DNA from: Rozella allomycis CSF55
Lineage: Eukaryota
Direction of reading: 5' to 3'
Length of the DNA stretch: 56,100 bases
Assembly (NCBI GenBank): GCA_000442015.1
Contig: KE560559.1
Span: forward strand, 1-56,100
Shown piece by piece: positions 12,622-25,000 of the stretch. Made by a program: the position numbers and the translations under genes. The first letter of the stretch is position 1. The number at the start of each line of letters is the position of its first letter. The notes under the pieces are model-generated. The model was not told where the DNA came from. It did no database searches and saw nothing but the letters and a program-made list of their open reading frames with translations.

Positions 12622-15341
12622 ATGAGAGAAATTAGGCAAAACGGCTTTATTCCAGCTAACAGTGATGCCTATATCCATTTTGTTTCGTTTTTATTATCAG
12701 ACGACGTGTCTAAACTGGAAAGTTTCCTCAAAATGAGGGACAGTGAGGTAGAGAAGGGTAACCTCCCATACCAACATTTCACTAAGAATTTTCCTTGTGT
12801 GGACGAGCATTTTCAGCCATTTACAGCAATATAAAAAACGTTGAATCCATCAACTCAATCTTGAATAGCTTAGAACCATTGATGTCAAATGAAGACGACA
12901 GAATCGCATGGGTATTATTTTGAAATTACGCTAAAAAGTTGTCAAAATGTATTTCTGCGCATTTACTTTTTCAAAAACAAGATCTTGTAAAATCAAAAGA
13001 AATCCTTCAGAGTGTCGACATCGTCACAACTCAATTTACTCGACATGGACTTCAATCAGCTGATATTCAGCTATATCTCTATATATTTCATTTAAGAACT
13101 AGGCTTCTTGGTACTCGTGATGATAAAACGATTAGACTAGGGGAACTTTTAAATAATGATATTGAGTTCTATTCTGAATGCTATGATTGGATGGTGTCAC
13201 ATTTTAAGATTTCAGCTGACATTCCCGAGCGGGTCCAAACAGAACATATTCTTTGGAGCATTTCTGCAAGCTCTAGTTTTCAAAAAATTAAAGACTATCA
13301 CAAGGCTTTACTAATTCTTCATCGGGCATTAATGAATGGAATCAACAAGAAAGAAGAAACTATAACTCTTTTGAATGAATATGTCAAGTTATTGGAAAGG
13401 CATATTAGAAAAAGAGAATACCGAGAATTAATTTCTTCACAATATGAAACAGCGTATACATAATAGATTTTAATCACTTAAGTGAGGACTATCAGTACGT
13501 GCCATCCAAACCAGAAGAAGATATAATTCTATGTTTATTTCATTTAGAAAAGCTTTTTGACGATCAATTTGCGAAAAATGATGAAACAAAAGGATATGTT
13601 AATAAGCGTTTTGCTGAATTGAGTTTTCACATTGCAAAGTGTGGATGCACCGCCACCCTGTGCTTTGTAAAAAGTTATAATCAGTTGAATTAGGTGAATA
13701 GATTTATATTTTTTCGTAGAATTGGTAACAATACAATTTAAAGTTTTAAAGGCACTGCATCAATATATAAAAAATTGTTCCTATCATTGATAGGATTTGA
13801 ATGTTATCGTGAAGCCAGTTTAGCACTTGACGAATATCTGACGTTGTCGCCAATGAACATGACAGACCCATTTGTTTGTCTCTTGGGCGTTCGATTACAT
13901 TTAATAATCAATAATGACGTAATGTACAATAATTTGAAAAATGAAAGGCTAAAAAGGCATTAGATTTGGCCTTATTGGCAAGAAAAGTATTAAGCGATCC
14001 TGATTTGGAAGGGCAATGTCATTATTTGTTAGGCTTGTGCTATGGAGAGTTGGCTAGACAAAGTAAGATTAATTAACTTCTTTAACAGCAATTGGCGTTG
14101 AAAAAGAAAGAAATCGCAATCAGAGTCTCCAAAACTTATCAAATGCAGTTGAGTTGGATCCTACCAATGATAAATTTTTATACGCTCTAGCTTTTGCAAC
14201 GGCTGAAAGTAGGGACATTGAAAAATCGTTATTATTTTTGAGAAAAAGCATAAAGTTGAATAATTCTTCACCGAATAAATGGCATTTGCTTATACTTTTA
14301 AAATCTTGTTCGAGAGATTTTCAAAGCTGTTTAAAATTGTGCGATCTTGTTTTGAAAGAAAGTGCTCAGGAAGAATTACTAAGGTACATTTAAAAATGTT
14401 ATAAAATAGTGTCTTGTTTAGTAAGGCAATAATTTTGTCAGACATGAATAAATTTGACGAGGCATTGAAATGTTGCCATCTGATTTTTGGTCTTTGGGCT
14501 TCTGTTACTAACAAAGTAAGCTTTAAGGATCATGTGGAGATTCTTGGCGCCAATTCTTTGTAAATTTCTATTTCGCATTTCATAGGGACAAACGAAAGTC
14601 TTCTGGCAGCATCTTTTTCGATTCTTTGGAAAAAGAAACATCCGTATCTATTTGCGAAGGCTCAATGCATGTAAAGGATTGGATTTCATGTTATCCTAAA
14701 AGCTTCAAGTCGTTCAAACGAGAATTAGAGAGGAATCTTAAAACTGAATATTACACTTCAAAATTACATCAAGATAGACAATTTTATAATTTATTTGGAT
14801 TCGGGACAACTAATTCATTTGGAGACTATAAGAGGCACCGCTCCGGACTTTCACCGGCTGACTTTCTTGCCATGGTGTGGCGCCAAGTTTCCACCCTCTT
14901 TATTAAACAAGGCCTATACACTGAAGCGCTATCAGCTGCCAAAGAAGCGAATAATTTAAATGAACTCTGCCCCGCCAACCTTGCAATACTAGGCACGTGT
15001 TATTCATTTCAAGGGGACATTGACAAAGCTCAATTGTATTTTGTCAGAGCTCTTGCAATATCGTCAAGTGATATTTCTGTTCTTTTAGCGTATGCTCATC
15101 ATCTCTCTCGTATGTCCAAAACACCAGAAATTGAAATTCAATTAAAGACTTACTTGGATCTTGTACTATCATTGGATCCCAATAACAATGAGGCAAAGTA
15201 AAGAAACATTTTTGATATATTAGATCATTAATTGTAAAGGCATTTCCGGATCAGTTTTCAGACTCGGAATTACTGGTTTTCATAAAGCAAGAAATTCAAA
15301 CTCCATTTTCTAATTGGAGCATTCTTCCTCCTGCAATTTAA
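12622..15341 (+). CDS. YPP1: TPR scaffold of the Ypp1/TTC7 family (PI4KIII-alpha complex); about 10 introns
   Basis: YVPSKPEEDIIL; LYALAFATAESRDIEKS...WHLLILL; C-terminal TPRs (RALAI, LDPNNNEA). Confidence 0.7.
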
Positions 15342-15488
15342 AATAAAAATACATTGAATATAGTGTGACTAAATTAATTTTAAGGTTCGTTGAATACAAC
15401 AGGGCGGATTGTGTGAATCCCCTTGATGCCATTGTCCCTTCAATTATAATTTATGGTTCTCAACAAATACATGTATGTTATTAAAACC

Positions 15489-16445
15489 TCAAGTATTTAA
15501 ATTCATGATACTTAAGAAAAACGGGCGGTTTATTTTTATGCGCTTTAACTGCTGATTTGCATTGGGGCCGGTTCCGGCAAGTTCATTTGCTTCGGGTAAT
15601 GGCATTTGCTGCGTATCATAAACACTATGCGCGTTAGTGTTTACGGACATGTATTCGGGCTCTGGTGCTTCTGCGTACTGATTCATGTTTTGCATCATTT
15701 GATTGCCAGGAATAGGGGGTTGTTGGAAATATTGTGATTCATATCCCTGCAAATTGGCAGAACCAGCTAATGCCTGATTTTGGGCTTCAGCGTCCAGTAA
15801 AGATTTAATACTTGGTACTTGGAAGTTCATGTTTGTTCCGATAGATTGGTCGTAAATTTGTCCTATTTGTTGTCTTTGAAAATGCGCTGAATTAGGATCT
15901 ATGGAATTGTCTCTAAGTGCAATTAACTGGTCTCTAAAAGCATAGTCATCTTTAGAAGCCGGAGTGAATAATAAACCTGCTGTTTTTGCTTGTTCAATAT
16001 TTGACATTTCTTCTCTTTGAGATGTAGATGCCATACGATTTTGCTTATCATACTGCTCCGCCCTTTCTTGTCCTTGTTTTGCCATATAGTTTACAAACAT
16101 TCCTGTACCTAACGTAGTAAGTACTGTTGCACCCACATTTGCAGCGATACCTGGCGGTTTTTTTGCGCCTGCCGCGGCTGCGGAAGTACTGCCACCTGAT
16201 GTAGCTGCATGCGTCCCACCACCTGCATTCGCTGCTGAAGCTGTGTGTATATTGCTACCTGTAGGCGCTACACCATTGACATTTGGAGCGCTTGAAGGTC
16301 CAGGGGGAGCAGCGGGTCCAAAACTCGGCGCGCCTGTTGGGGGATATTGTGGATATTGTGGACCTATCCCACCATCAGGAATAGGATGAGTATTCAAAGA
16401 AACAATATATGCTGATGTTGTTAAATATGTTAGAAGCCAGTTCAT
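15489..16445 (-). CDS. Putative secreted low-complexity protein (P/G/A-rich N-terminus, Q/N-rich C-terminus)
   Basis: 318-aa intronless ORF with a signal-peptide-like N-terminus and one central hydrophobic helix (AANVGATVLTTLGTGMFVNY). Confidence 0.75.
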   Translation of the reverse strand: MNWLLTYLTTSAYIVSLNTHPIPDGGIGPQYPQYPPTGAPSFGPAAPPGPSSAPNVNGVAPTGSNIHTASAANAGGGTHAATSGGSTSAAAAGAKKPPGIAANVGATVLTTLGTGMFVNYMAKQGQERAEQYDKQNRMASTSQREEMSNIEQAKTAGLLFTPASKDDYAFRDQLIALRDNSIDPNSAHFQRQQIGQIYDQSIGTNMNFQVPSIKSLLDAEAQNQALAGSANLQGYESQYFQQPPIPGNQMMQNMNQYAEAPEPEYMSVNTNAHSVYDTQQMPLPEANELAGTGPNANQQLKRIKINRPFFLSIMNLNT

Positions 16446-16560
16446 CTACCAATATTTTTAGGGGTCAAAATGATTCATAATATTTGGTAACATCTAATTA
16501 TAGAACAAAATGTTAAAAATATTTATTAGACTTTAATTGATAAACAAAGTATGGACAACA

Positions 16561-17417
16561 TTAATTTATAGTGCCAAATTGAGCCAGTGCCAAATTCATT
16601 TGATCTCTAACACGACTAATCAATTCATCGACATTTTCTTTGCCATAATTCACTGTTTGAACAGGCGGTAATACTTTTAAAAGGAATACTTCTATTTACC
16701 TTTCACATTTATATCTCCGGATAAAAATGTTCTGGCCTTTGAACTGTACAGATGGTTGTATGGCGACACTACTACGGGTATAATTGGCACACCTGCCTTT
16801 ATCGCTAAATGGAATGAGCCCTTTTTGAATGGCAATAGACTTGAGCTATGAGACCTTGTTCCTTCAGGAAAAACAAAGACGCCTAGCTATATTAAATCCA
16901 CGCAAATTCATATTACGTTATCTTCTTTTAACCTCTTTGCAGCTTTAGCAAGCGAATCGAGTGCGCTTTGATAATTTTTTCTATTTATAAAAATGTTCCT
17001 CGACAATGCCGCAAACAGACCAAAAAGTGGATAATACAAAATTGATCGTTTCATTAGCACTACCGTCCTTCTCGGAACGATAGCACCCAAAATTAGTGTA
17101 TCAATTGAACTTTGATGATTACACATGTAAATACAAGGCTGTTGTAGCATTACGTCGTGATTTTCAACAGTAATATTTAGTCCAAGTAATTTTTTGGTTA
17201 CAGCATTAGTGTAAATGAATCCTGTAAAGTAGTTCAGGTCATATAGAGATCCAAACACGTAAAAGAAAGGGCTTGCAAATATTGTTATCACTGATGTAAC
17301 AAGAATAGAAGAAACTTCTATTAAAACTTTAGAATAAAACTGTAGTGGCCTGTATCCTACTCTTGATAGTAAAATAACCGACGTAAATATTGTCAAACCG
17401 ATCCGGCAAGATTCCAT
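16561..17417 (-). CDS. SLC1: 1-acylglycerol-3-phosphate O-acyltransferase; 2 introns
   Basis: NHQSSID, FINR, FPEGTRS, LPFKKGSFHLA, VPIIPVV motifs. Confidence 0.93.
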
Positions 17418-17574
17418 CTATTTCAAGAATTAGGAAATAACAAACTCCGAATGAAAAGCGAAGATTTCAATAAACGATTAATTTAGTTTTAGGTAAATTA
17501 TATTAGCAAATTGCGTTGCTAATTAGAACAATAGAATTATGCAAATTTAGCTATTTATTTTAAAAGTTTGACAT

Positions 17575-18356
17575 CTATGATTTAACAAATTTATAATAAG
17601 AATTTTCCATTTTGTGAATAGAGTCTTTTGAAATTTTGGATGAAGCGTGTATTTTGAAACCAAAAATTGTCGGGTGGAAACACTTGCTTCTTGAAAATTC
17701 TTCTTTCAACAAATCTGGATAGGTTTTAAATAAAAGGTGCGGAAAGGTAGTCCCAAATGCAACTCCGTCAATTGCTATAACTATAAAATAAAAGTCTTAC
17801 GACTTGAACCAAATGGCGCGTTATATATATCCACACAGTTAGGACAAAACAATTTAGCGCTAAATTTTCCTGGTATGTCGCTTAGCCCAATAGGAATAAG
17901 GGGCATATCTCTACATAACATTCTGGGACACTCACCAAAGTCGCATTGTCTATATCTCGATGCCTAACGTCCTAATATATTCTATTAATTACCATTAAAT
18001 GCAGCCCTTGTTTTGACAATAAAAATCTTTGATGAATAAGAAGAAATAGTGATGACGCACTAGCTTCAATTTTCTCCATTTCGTCATCTTTAATTTCTGG
18101 ATCCATTTCAACATCTAGAATCATATCTAACGCTTGTCTATAAAAAGGAACGCTGCTTTGTAAACCTGTTAAATTAAAATCGTCTTCAATAAACTCTTCA
18201 GCGACTGGAATTAAATATTCGTGCCCTTCAAGAGATGTAAACCACTGAATCCAAGGAGCTGAACTGTCATAAGAATCTGAATTTGAAGAGGCTACGAAAA
18301 AATCAAAATAACCAAAAATTACCGTCTTGGTAAGTGTCGCTCATCGACCCTGGCAT
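17575..18356 (-). CDS. CKB1: Casein kinase II regulatory (beta) subunit; 3 introns
   Basis: WIQWF...GHEY...FIEDDFNLTGL; FGECPRMLC; LFCPNC; IDGVAFGTTFPHL; IFGFKIH. Confidence 0.95.
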
Positions 18357-18371
18357 TTGAAAATCTTACCA

Positions 18372-18575
18372 ATGAAAGAATCCACAAAAGACAAAATTTC
18401 ACGCTTCTTTGCTTTTTCCCGATTAATATTGCATTATGGTTTTCTCCCACTAGTTTTATACATTGGTTTCACCAGAAGCAATCCGCGTCCGTCAATTTGG
18501 AGGTAAATTATTTTACATGAATTGAAAAGGCTATTATTTCCACCAGAGCAGCAGCCAATTCCTGCAGCCATGTAA
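18372..18575 (+). CDS. TOM7: Mitochondrial import receptor subunit Tom7 (absent from the ORF track); intron 18503-18529
   Basis: MKESTKDKISRFFAFSRLILHYGFLPLVLYIGFTRSNPRPSIWRLLFPPEQQPIPAAM*; HYGFxPLVLYxG...PxPS is the Tom7 signature. Confidence 0.9.
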
Positions 18576-18857
18576 ATAAATTGAATTTTGAATGGCATTT
18601 TTAAAAGTGGCACAAAGTCTAAACTCTCAATAAGCAAGCCAAGTCATCCTCTTTAGTGATTAATATACTCCATAATCCATTTTAGACTCTATTTTTAGAT
18701 CAAAAGTACTTTATTAAGATATGCATGTCACATTAAATTTGACTAGAAGTAATGAACCTGAAACCTATCATGTAAAGAAATGTGCATGAATTTGTTTTTT
18801 ATCTTAAGGTAACCGAATAGGAAAATCCCGGTAACGGAAGGCTTAGTCGATCTGGCA

Positions 18858-19293
18858 ATGTTACTCGGAATAGGAACTGATTTACTTTGCCTGCGAAGGT
18901 TTTTTGACATTTGCCAAAGAAGAGGTGCGGATAGAGTAGCGAGAAAAATTCTTTCGGAGCGTGAATTCGCAGAGTATTTGAAAAAGGGAAAAGATGGGTG
19001 GAGATATTTAGCATCTCGGTACTATTACAATGTCCGTTGATGAAAGAGATTTTCTGTGAAAGAAGCTGCGTACAAAGCAATGTATCCTGACAAGATTCTA
19101 GAGCTAAAGATGGTATCGGTACTTAATAACGGTATTCGGGTGATCATAGTATGTTATAGGCTCAGCAAAACCACAAATATTTGTCAAAGGTATTAATAAT
19201 ATATACAGGTTTCATGCATCTGTTTCGCATGATGCCGATATGTTGTCCTCATTTGTCGTTGTAGAAAAAGACACGACCAACGATGTGCAATAA
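18858..19293 (+). CDS. PPT2: AcpS-type 4'-phosphopantetheinyl transferase (Ppt2-like); 2 introns
   Basis: LGIGTD...YLASRFSVKEAAYKA...KP...HASVSHDAD. Confidence 0.88.
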
Positions 19294-19359
19294 ATAAACA
19301 ATTAATGAATATACATTTGACAAATTAACATTTCTATGATACAATTTTACTCTACAATA

Positions 19360-19749
19360 CTAGTTCTTTTGATCCCAAAGATTCCATTTCCTCTTACTGG
19401 TCTCTCTAGTTTGAGAATCATGCTGCTTTCTTTCTTTAATACTTTTAGAATGACTAGAAGGCCTCTCTTCGTAACTTTTAATTCTTTGAATAGTTTTATC
19501 AACTTCCTTTTTCACTTCGATTCTTCTGGATGCTTCATTTTGCCTAATAACATTTTTCAAAAATGATTTATTCATTTTAGGCTTGTTTTTGTCTGAGAGA
19601 TATGCGAGTAAACCATGGTCATCGTATTTCTTTTTCTTTTTTCTAAATTCCTCTGCAAGTTCTTTTGAGAGAACATTTTCTATAGCTTCTTCTGAAAGAT
19701 CTGAACCGTAGCAAAGCTGGTATAATCGTTTAAAGGTTGCTTCATCCAT
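19360..19749 (-). CDS. Small basic uncharacterised protein
   Basis: 129-aa ORF filling the gap between two genes; K/R-rich with an NKSFLKNVIR segment. Confidence 0.6.
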   Translation of the reverse strand: MDEATFKRLYQLCYGSDLSEEAIENVLSKELAEEFRKKKKKYDDHGLLAYLSDKNKPKMNKSFLKNVIRQNEASRRIEVKKEVDKTIQRIKSYEERPSSHSKSIKERKQHDSQTRETSKRKWNLWDQKN

Positions 19750-19799
19750 TTTGTGAAAAGCAGGTTTTCATAGCGGAAATTTCATTGTGTATAAATAGA

Positions 19800-20297
19800 A
19801 TGATTGTCCCCGTAACAACATTTACTGCGAGTTTTTTATCATTGTATTATGTGTTATTGAGTTATAGAGTTATTAAAAAGAGAGTGCAGTTAAGGATTGC
19901 ACTTGGCGATGGGACTGCGGAATTCCTATGTGAGCAACTTAATAGCGGAGATTATAAACAAGGAAAAGGTAAATTTTGGTGAGAGATGTGAATAGTTGAA
20001 CCATTGAAGAATGAAAAGTATATGAGCATGCTAAAGGCAATCAGATCTCATGGGAATTTCAATGACTATGTGCCATTGATACTAGTTTTGATGTATTTGG
20101 TTGAGAGTCAAGACCATTCAAGCAAACTTTTTATGAGATTTATTAGTGCATTAATAATATTTGGAAGAGTTGTGCATGTGGAATTGGGTGTTCGTGGAAA
20201 GATGGCTCTTGGGAGAGGAAGGGTTGTTGGAATGATATCTACATTGACATCAATTATTCTCTTGTCAGTTACTGCAATGTGGCATTGTTTAGCATGA
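19800..20297 (+). CDS. MAPEG-family membrane protein (YecN-like); 1 intron
   Basis: LSYRVIKKR...IALGDG; AIRSHGNFNDYVPL; GRVVH; RVVGM. Confidence 0.88.
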
Positions 20298-20333
20298 AGG
20301 AAAATAAAAAATAAAAAGGATTTATTAAATTTC

Positions 20334-23300
20334 TTATTCAATTGCTACTTTTGCTAGAATTTTATCAGAAATCATGGAAAGTTTGGAATCGATCTCAACA
20401 ACACATTCATCGTCGACGATATTTTTGATTACACCGATTTTTCCAGTTTGTTCACCAGAAAGAATTAAAGCGGATTCACCTTTGATTGGTTTTACAGGTT
20501 GAAGGGACATTGAAGAAAGATGAAAAGTTGTTTGTTCATTTACGAGTTTAAGAGAACAAGATCCAGTTAAATCAAAAGAAATAATTTGAGCTTCTTTGCC
20601 TTGGTAAAGTCCATCATTTACACGAACAATAACATTCTTCTTTACCCAATCAATTTCTATTTTTAACTTTTGTTTTGTTGATTACTTTCAGGTTCTGATT
20701 TTGAAAGTTGATTTTCTACTGGACGTCTTCTCGGGTCGTTGGCTATCGCTTCTGTTATTTGTCTACGCTAACATCACAAAGATGAATGAACCGTACTCTT
20801 GGGTCTAGATGTGAATTATCTCCAAAGATCGCAGGGGTTCTAGGTGCATCGAATGGAGTTTTTGGTGTTTTTCTTCCTGAATCCCAAGCTGGTGTTGCAG
20901 TTTCCATTGGAGTTTTTCTACCAAGATCCCAACCAGGGGTTCTACCAGGGGTTGTAGATGAAGGTGCATCCCAAAGGGTACTTCCTTTTTCAGCTGGCGT
21001 TTTTCCATCTCCCCAAGCAGATCCATCGAATGGTGTTTTGCCACCATCAAAGGGAGTTTTGCCACCCCATCCAGCTGCAGGAGTCCTTCCACCATCCCAA
21101 CCACTTCCATCAAACGGAGTCTTTCCACCATCATACGCTGGCGTCTTTCCACCCCATCCAGCAGCTGGCGTTCTACTTGAATTCCAAGCTGGCGTTTTCC
21201 CACCATCATGAATCCCAGGTGTTTGGAACCCACGTTCTCTATCATTCAATGGCCTTGCATTTCCAGATTGACTTGAACAAAATAAACAATATAATTTACT
21301 CTAATTGCATAATATCCATTCTGGGAATAGAAATTACTTTATGTTTGGAATGTAATTCAATCCTCACTTTATTATCATCCCCATCTTTAACAATCCCAAC
21401 GTAGCCTTTCCATGGTCCTTTAGTCACTTTAACTGTATTGCCTGTCAAAATATCTCGCTTTTTCACATTAACAATTGGTGGCTGAACTGGCGCAGCAAAT
21501 GTGGCTGGGTTACTTACTTGAGCCACCGTTGATAAAACATTGTTTGAACGAACAACGTGAATTCCATTGTTTTCCATAATGTCTCTTGACTGAACAAAAA
21601 TCATTTGTCGAAAAATATACAAAATTTTAACTTCTCTATTTCTGTAATCACCATCCAAAATTCTAACAGTGTCATTGACTTTAATGTGATTGTTTCTTGC
21701 ATCAAATCCATTTCCACTCTTTGCGTCTCTCAATTGAGAAATATCTTGAGCTTTAATAACCCTTGTATTGTTAGTCTGATCCACTATCGTCAAATTATCA
21801 CCCTCTGTCCTAATAATCACTCCAACATTATGGGGATCTATTTGAACAAAATCATTTATATTATATAATTGGTTATAACTAGAATTGGATGTAGAAGATG
21901 TATGAATGGCATTTCTCACATCCTTGGCCAAACATTTAATTTCCTTTTTCGAAATTTCAGAAAAGAATGTAATTGTGTTTTCTTCCACTTTAACAACCAT
22001 CCCCTTTTCAGACGCATGTTTTCCTGAAACAACTTTAATAAAATCTCCAACTTTAAAATATTTAGCCAGTTGTGACATTTTAAAGGTAATCGTCTCATTT
22101 AGATTTTGTACTGATGGCTTCACTTTAACATTCTCACCCTCAACGGACACAACAGATCCAACAAGATGCATTAAATCCCCTTCAATGACTTCAACTTGAT
22201 CGCCTTTTTCTAGTTTTGCTTGTGATACTTGGCCAAGTTCTGGAAGAACATTCAAATCCACATCTTTTTCTGACCCTGTAAATTTGGATATCTCTTCCAA
22301 TGTTGGCATAACTTTGTCACACTCAATAGCTGAAATCTTAAACTCTCTTTCTAAATAGCCATCCTTGAAGGCTTGAGACTTGAAGATAAAATATCCCCTC
22401 GATTTGGCAATCTCTGCTTTTTTATCCATCTTTAGAATTTGATCAACATCGAAGAAGCGCGCAGGTGGCCTCTTCTTCAATTTCCTCTTTCCTTCTTCAA
22501 CAACCCCGGTCGTTGGATTGTTGTAAACTTCCAATCGTGGAACTAACTTTAATCGCACAGTTTCATTTGAATCTGAAATATCAACCACCTATTTAAATCA
22601 TACATCATATATTACCTGACCCAAATCGCCAGAATATACTCCCCTCTTTACCCTGACCCATGCATTCAGTTTAACATCAACAGGTTTTCTCTTTACTGTA
22701 ACAACATCAACCATTTCTTTAATTGGGACTAATGTAATATTCTGCAAATATACATGATTAGTTTTATCAAGTGCTTTTTGAACTTGTGCTTGTCTAAACG
22801 CTTCAACATAAATATATCCTTTCAACGAATCCCTACAAAGTGCAGAATTGATTTGCAAAGCCTCCTGGGTTCCCTCCTTGTCAAAAAATTTTCTCATCAA
22901 GTTCATCACAATTTCTTTTTCTTTTCCAATCTTTTTCAAACCTTTTTATCAACTTTACTTTGCATCGAACCATCCACAATTTTGGATCGTTTACTGATGG
23001 GAGCAGAAATTGTTTAGGGACCTTGTCTTTGTCAATTGGAAATTCTCTAAAAGCACTTTGTCTACCATACAGCTGCTTCAATCTCTGTTCCTCTGCTTCA
23101 ACATCGAGCTCTTCTTGCCTCAGAAATCGTCTTTCCAAAGTCGCCCTTGAATATCTTTCCTGGGTTTCCTTCAATTCACTCTCGTCAGCAATAAAATCAT
23201 CTATCTCTTTTCCTTGATATTTTACTACCTTTCAAGAGTTCATCATCGTCATCATAATATTCGTCCTCTCCCTCACTCTCATCAACCTCGGCTTCTACAT

Positions 23301-23403
23301 CCACAAACATGTTCCTTTGTTTTTTCTTTGGTCTTTCATTTTCTTCCTCGTCGGTATACTCTTCTTCTTCTTCGCTATATTTATTTTCCTCTTCTAAAGG
23401 CAT
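20334..23403 (-). CDS. SPT5: Transcription elongation factor Spt5; 6 introns
   Basis: Acidic N-terminus, LLPSVNDPKLWMVRCK, NGN domain (KGYIYVEA), several KOW motifs, CTR repeats. Confidence 0.97.
20830..21215 (-). repeat. Spt5 C-terminal repeat region (GGKTP/GGRTP-type coding repeats)
   Basis: Over a dozen K/R-T-P units, e.g. GGKTPAW, GGKTPFDG, GRTPGW. Confidence 0.9.
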
Positions 23404-23454
23404 TTACGAAATTTTATTTTTTGCTAAATTTATTCGCAACAATTCGGCGACTTT

Positions 23455-24459
23455 ATGAAAAACCTTCCCGATTCATTCTATAAACATTTCCCAATATCAA
23501 ACGAACAATGGAAAAACGCATGGTCATATTCGTTGCAGAAACTTGCAGAAAATTCAACGGTTGTTGAAAGATCAATAACAGAGTTGGCATTGCCATTTGC
23601 TGAAACTCGAGCCTTCAAGAAATGGAAATCTTCGGGTCAACAAATCTCAGATCTTTGCACATGTATTTGGAATCAAACAGAAATGATAAATATTTACCAT
23701 TCCATTCCCCAACCCCCGGTTTACGATGGTTCAGATAGATACATTAATTTAGCACAAGATTATATAAAATCTATTAAGTAATATATAATAACAAGATTTA
23801 AAGATAGATACAATTTTACTGGAATCCAAATCTATACAATTAACAAGAAAAGACCATTTTCTTATTTAATGAAAACTGCAAAGGAAATGATAAAATATGG
23901 AATGCCAATTAAATGTCTCGAGGCTTGTGTTCTAGCAATGTACTAAATCTATTCATCTGATAACAGGTATTTAACTTGCGCGATGAAAAATACAGTTCGG
24001 TTTCCTTTAAGTTTTAAAACTAGAGTGGGAAACAATACGTAGTTGTAAGAGGAATCGGACAGAGTTATGAAGGCACATTGTCTTGGTTATATTTTCGAAT
24101 GGAAAATATGGCGCCATGGGATTAAGTCGAAAGGGAGATTTGATGGATAAACCACTTAAATACACAGTAACAAATTAACCGTTTGGTATGAAAGAGCCTC
24201 ACCAATTTAATAAAAGAATTCGTGAGATGCTATGAATCAAGTACATGATGCCATTTTTGCAACATTTAGATGGGCATGAAGTTCAGAGGTTGAAATTGGG
24301 AGCGCCGGTTCCTCACGACATTTTTGCAAACGAGATATTAAAATGGAATGTAATATTTATAGCATTTCTTTAAAGCAATGCCTAATTTATTTGGACAAGA
24401 CTGGAACATCGTTGCAAGAACAAATTAGAATTTATGAAGAACAATTTATTTTATGCTGA
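23455..24459 (+). CDS. VASH1: Vasohibin (tubulin tyrosine carboxypeptidase); 6 introns, one junction ambiguous
   Basis: YNFTG...KKRP...AKEM...PIKCLEA...YLT...RFPLSFK...HIVL...YGAMGLSR..DLMDKPL; catalytic Cys and His present. Confidence 0.9.
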
Positions 24460-24467
24460 GCTTTTAA

Positions 24468-24915
24468 TTATGCGGAATATTCACCAATGGCTTTCTGAAA
24501 TAAATTAGACACGTGATTCGTGTAGTCTATTATATCTTGTAAACCATTGGTCATGATATCATTTATTGGGGCTTCTAATTTTCAAATTATATGTTATGTT
24601 ACTTTTTGTTTGAATTCTAAAATGGATTTTACTTTCTGATGGATGAGGCAAAGAATACCCACAGAAATCTACTTCTGGTCTAATTTTTAATCATAAAATT
24701 ATTTACTTTTGGGCTATCATATGACGCAATAAATTTCCCAAAGTATGATCCTCATTTCTAATAACAATTGTTGCACCAGTTTGTTCTTTGTCCAAAAGGA
24801 TGTCCACTTTGTTGGCTTTAACTCCTTCTTCACCGCCTTTAGCAAAATAATCGATAGCAACTCTATCTTGATCAACGGCGGCTTTTGCAGCTTCTAAACC
24901 GTCCCAAGCAGTCAT
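24468..24915 (-). CDS. RPC19: RNA polymerase I/III subunit AC19; 2 introns
   Basis: [14 protein letters not shown]...[23 protein letters not shown]. Confidence 0.92.
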
Positions 24916-25000
24916 TCAAAAAATAGTGGCTAAGTTGTTCTCAAGGTGAGCATTCTGCTGCGGACTTATTAATGAATAAAAATAATGTTTTATTGAACAA

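Noticed and set aside
15489-15545. Serpin-like tail KINRPFFLSIMNLNT on the secreted protein
   Set aside because: Only about 15 residues; the rest of the protein has no serpin features and the motif is cut by a stop.
18434-18637. 67-aa minus-strand ORF
   Set aside because: Antisense shadow of the plus-strand TOM7 gene.
20786-21404. Pro/Gly-rich and His-rich overlapping ORFs
   Set aside because: Antisense or alternative-frame products of the Spt5 CTR repeats; the repeats are coding, not a CRISPR array.
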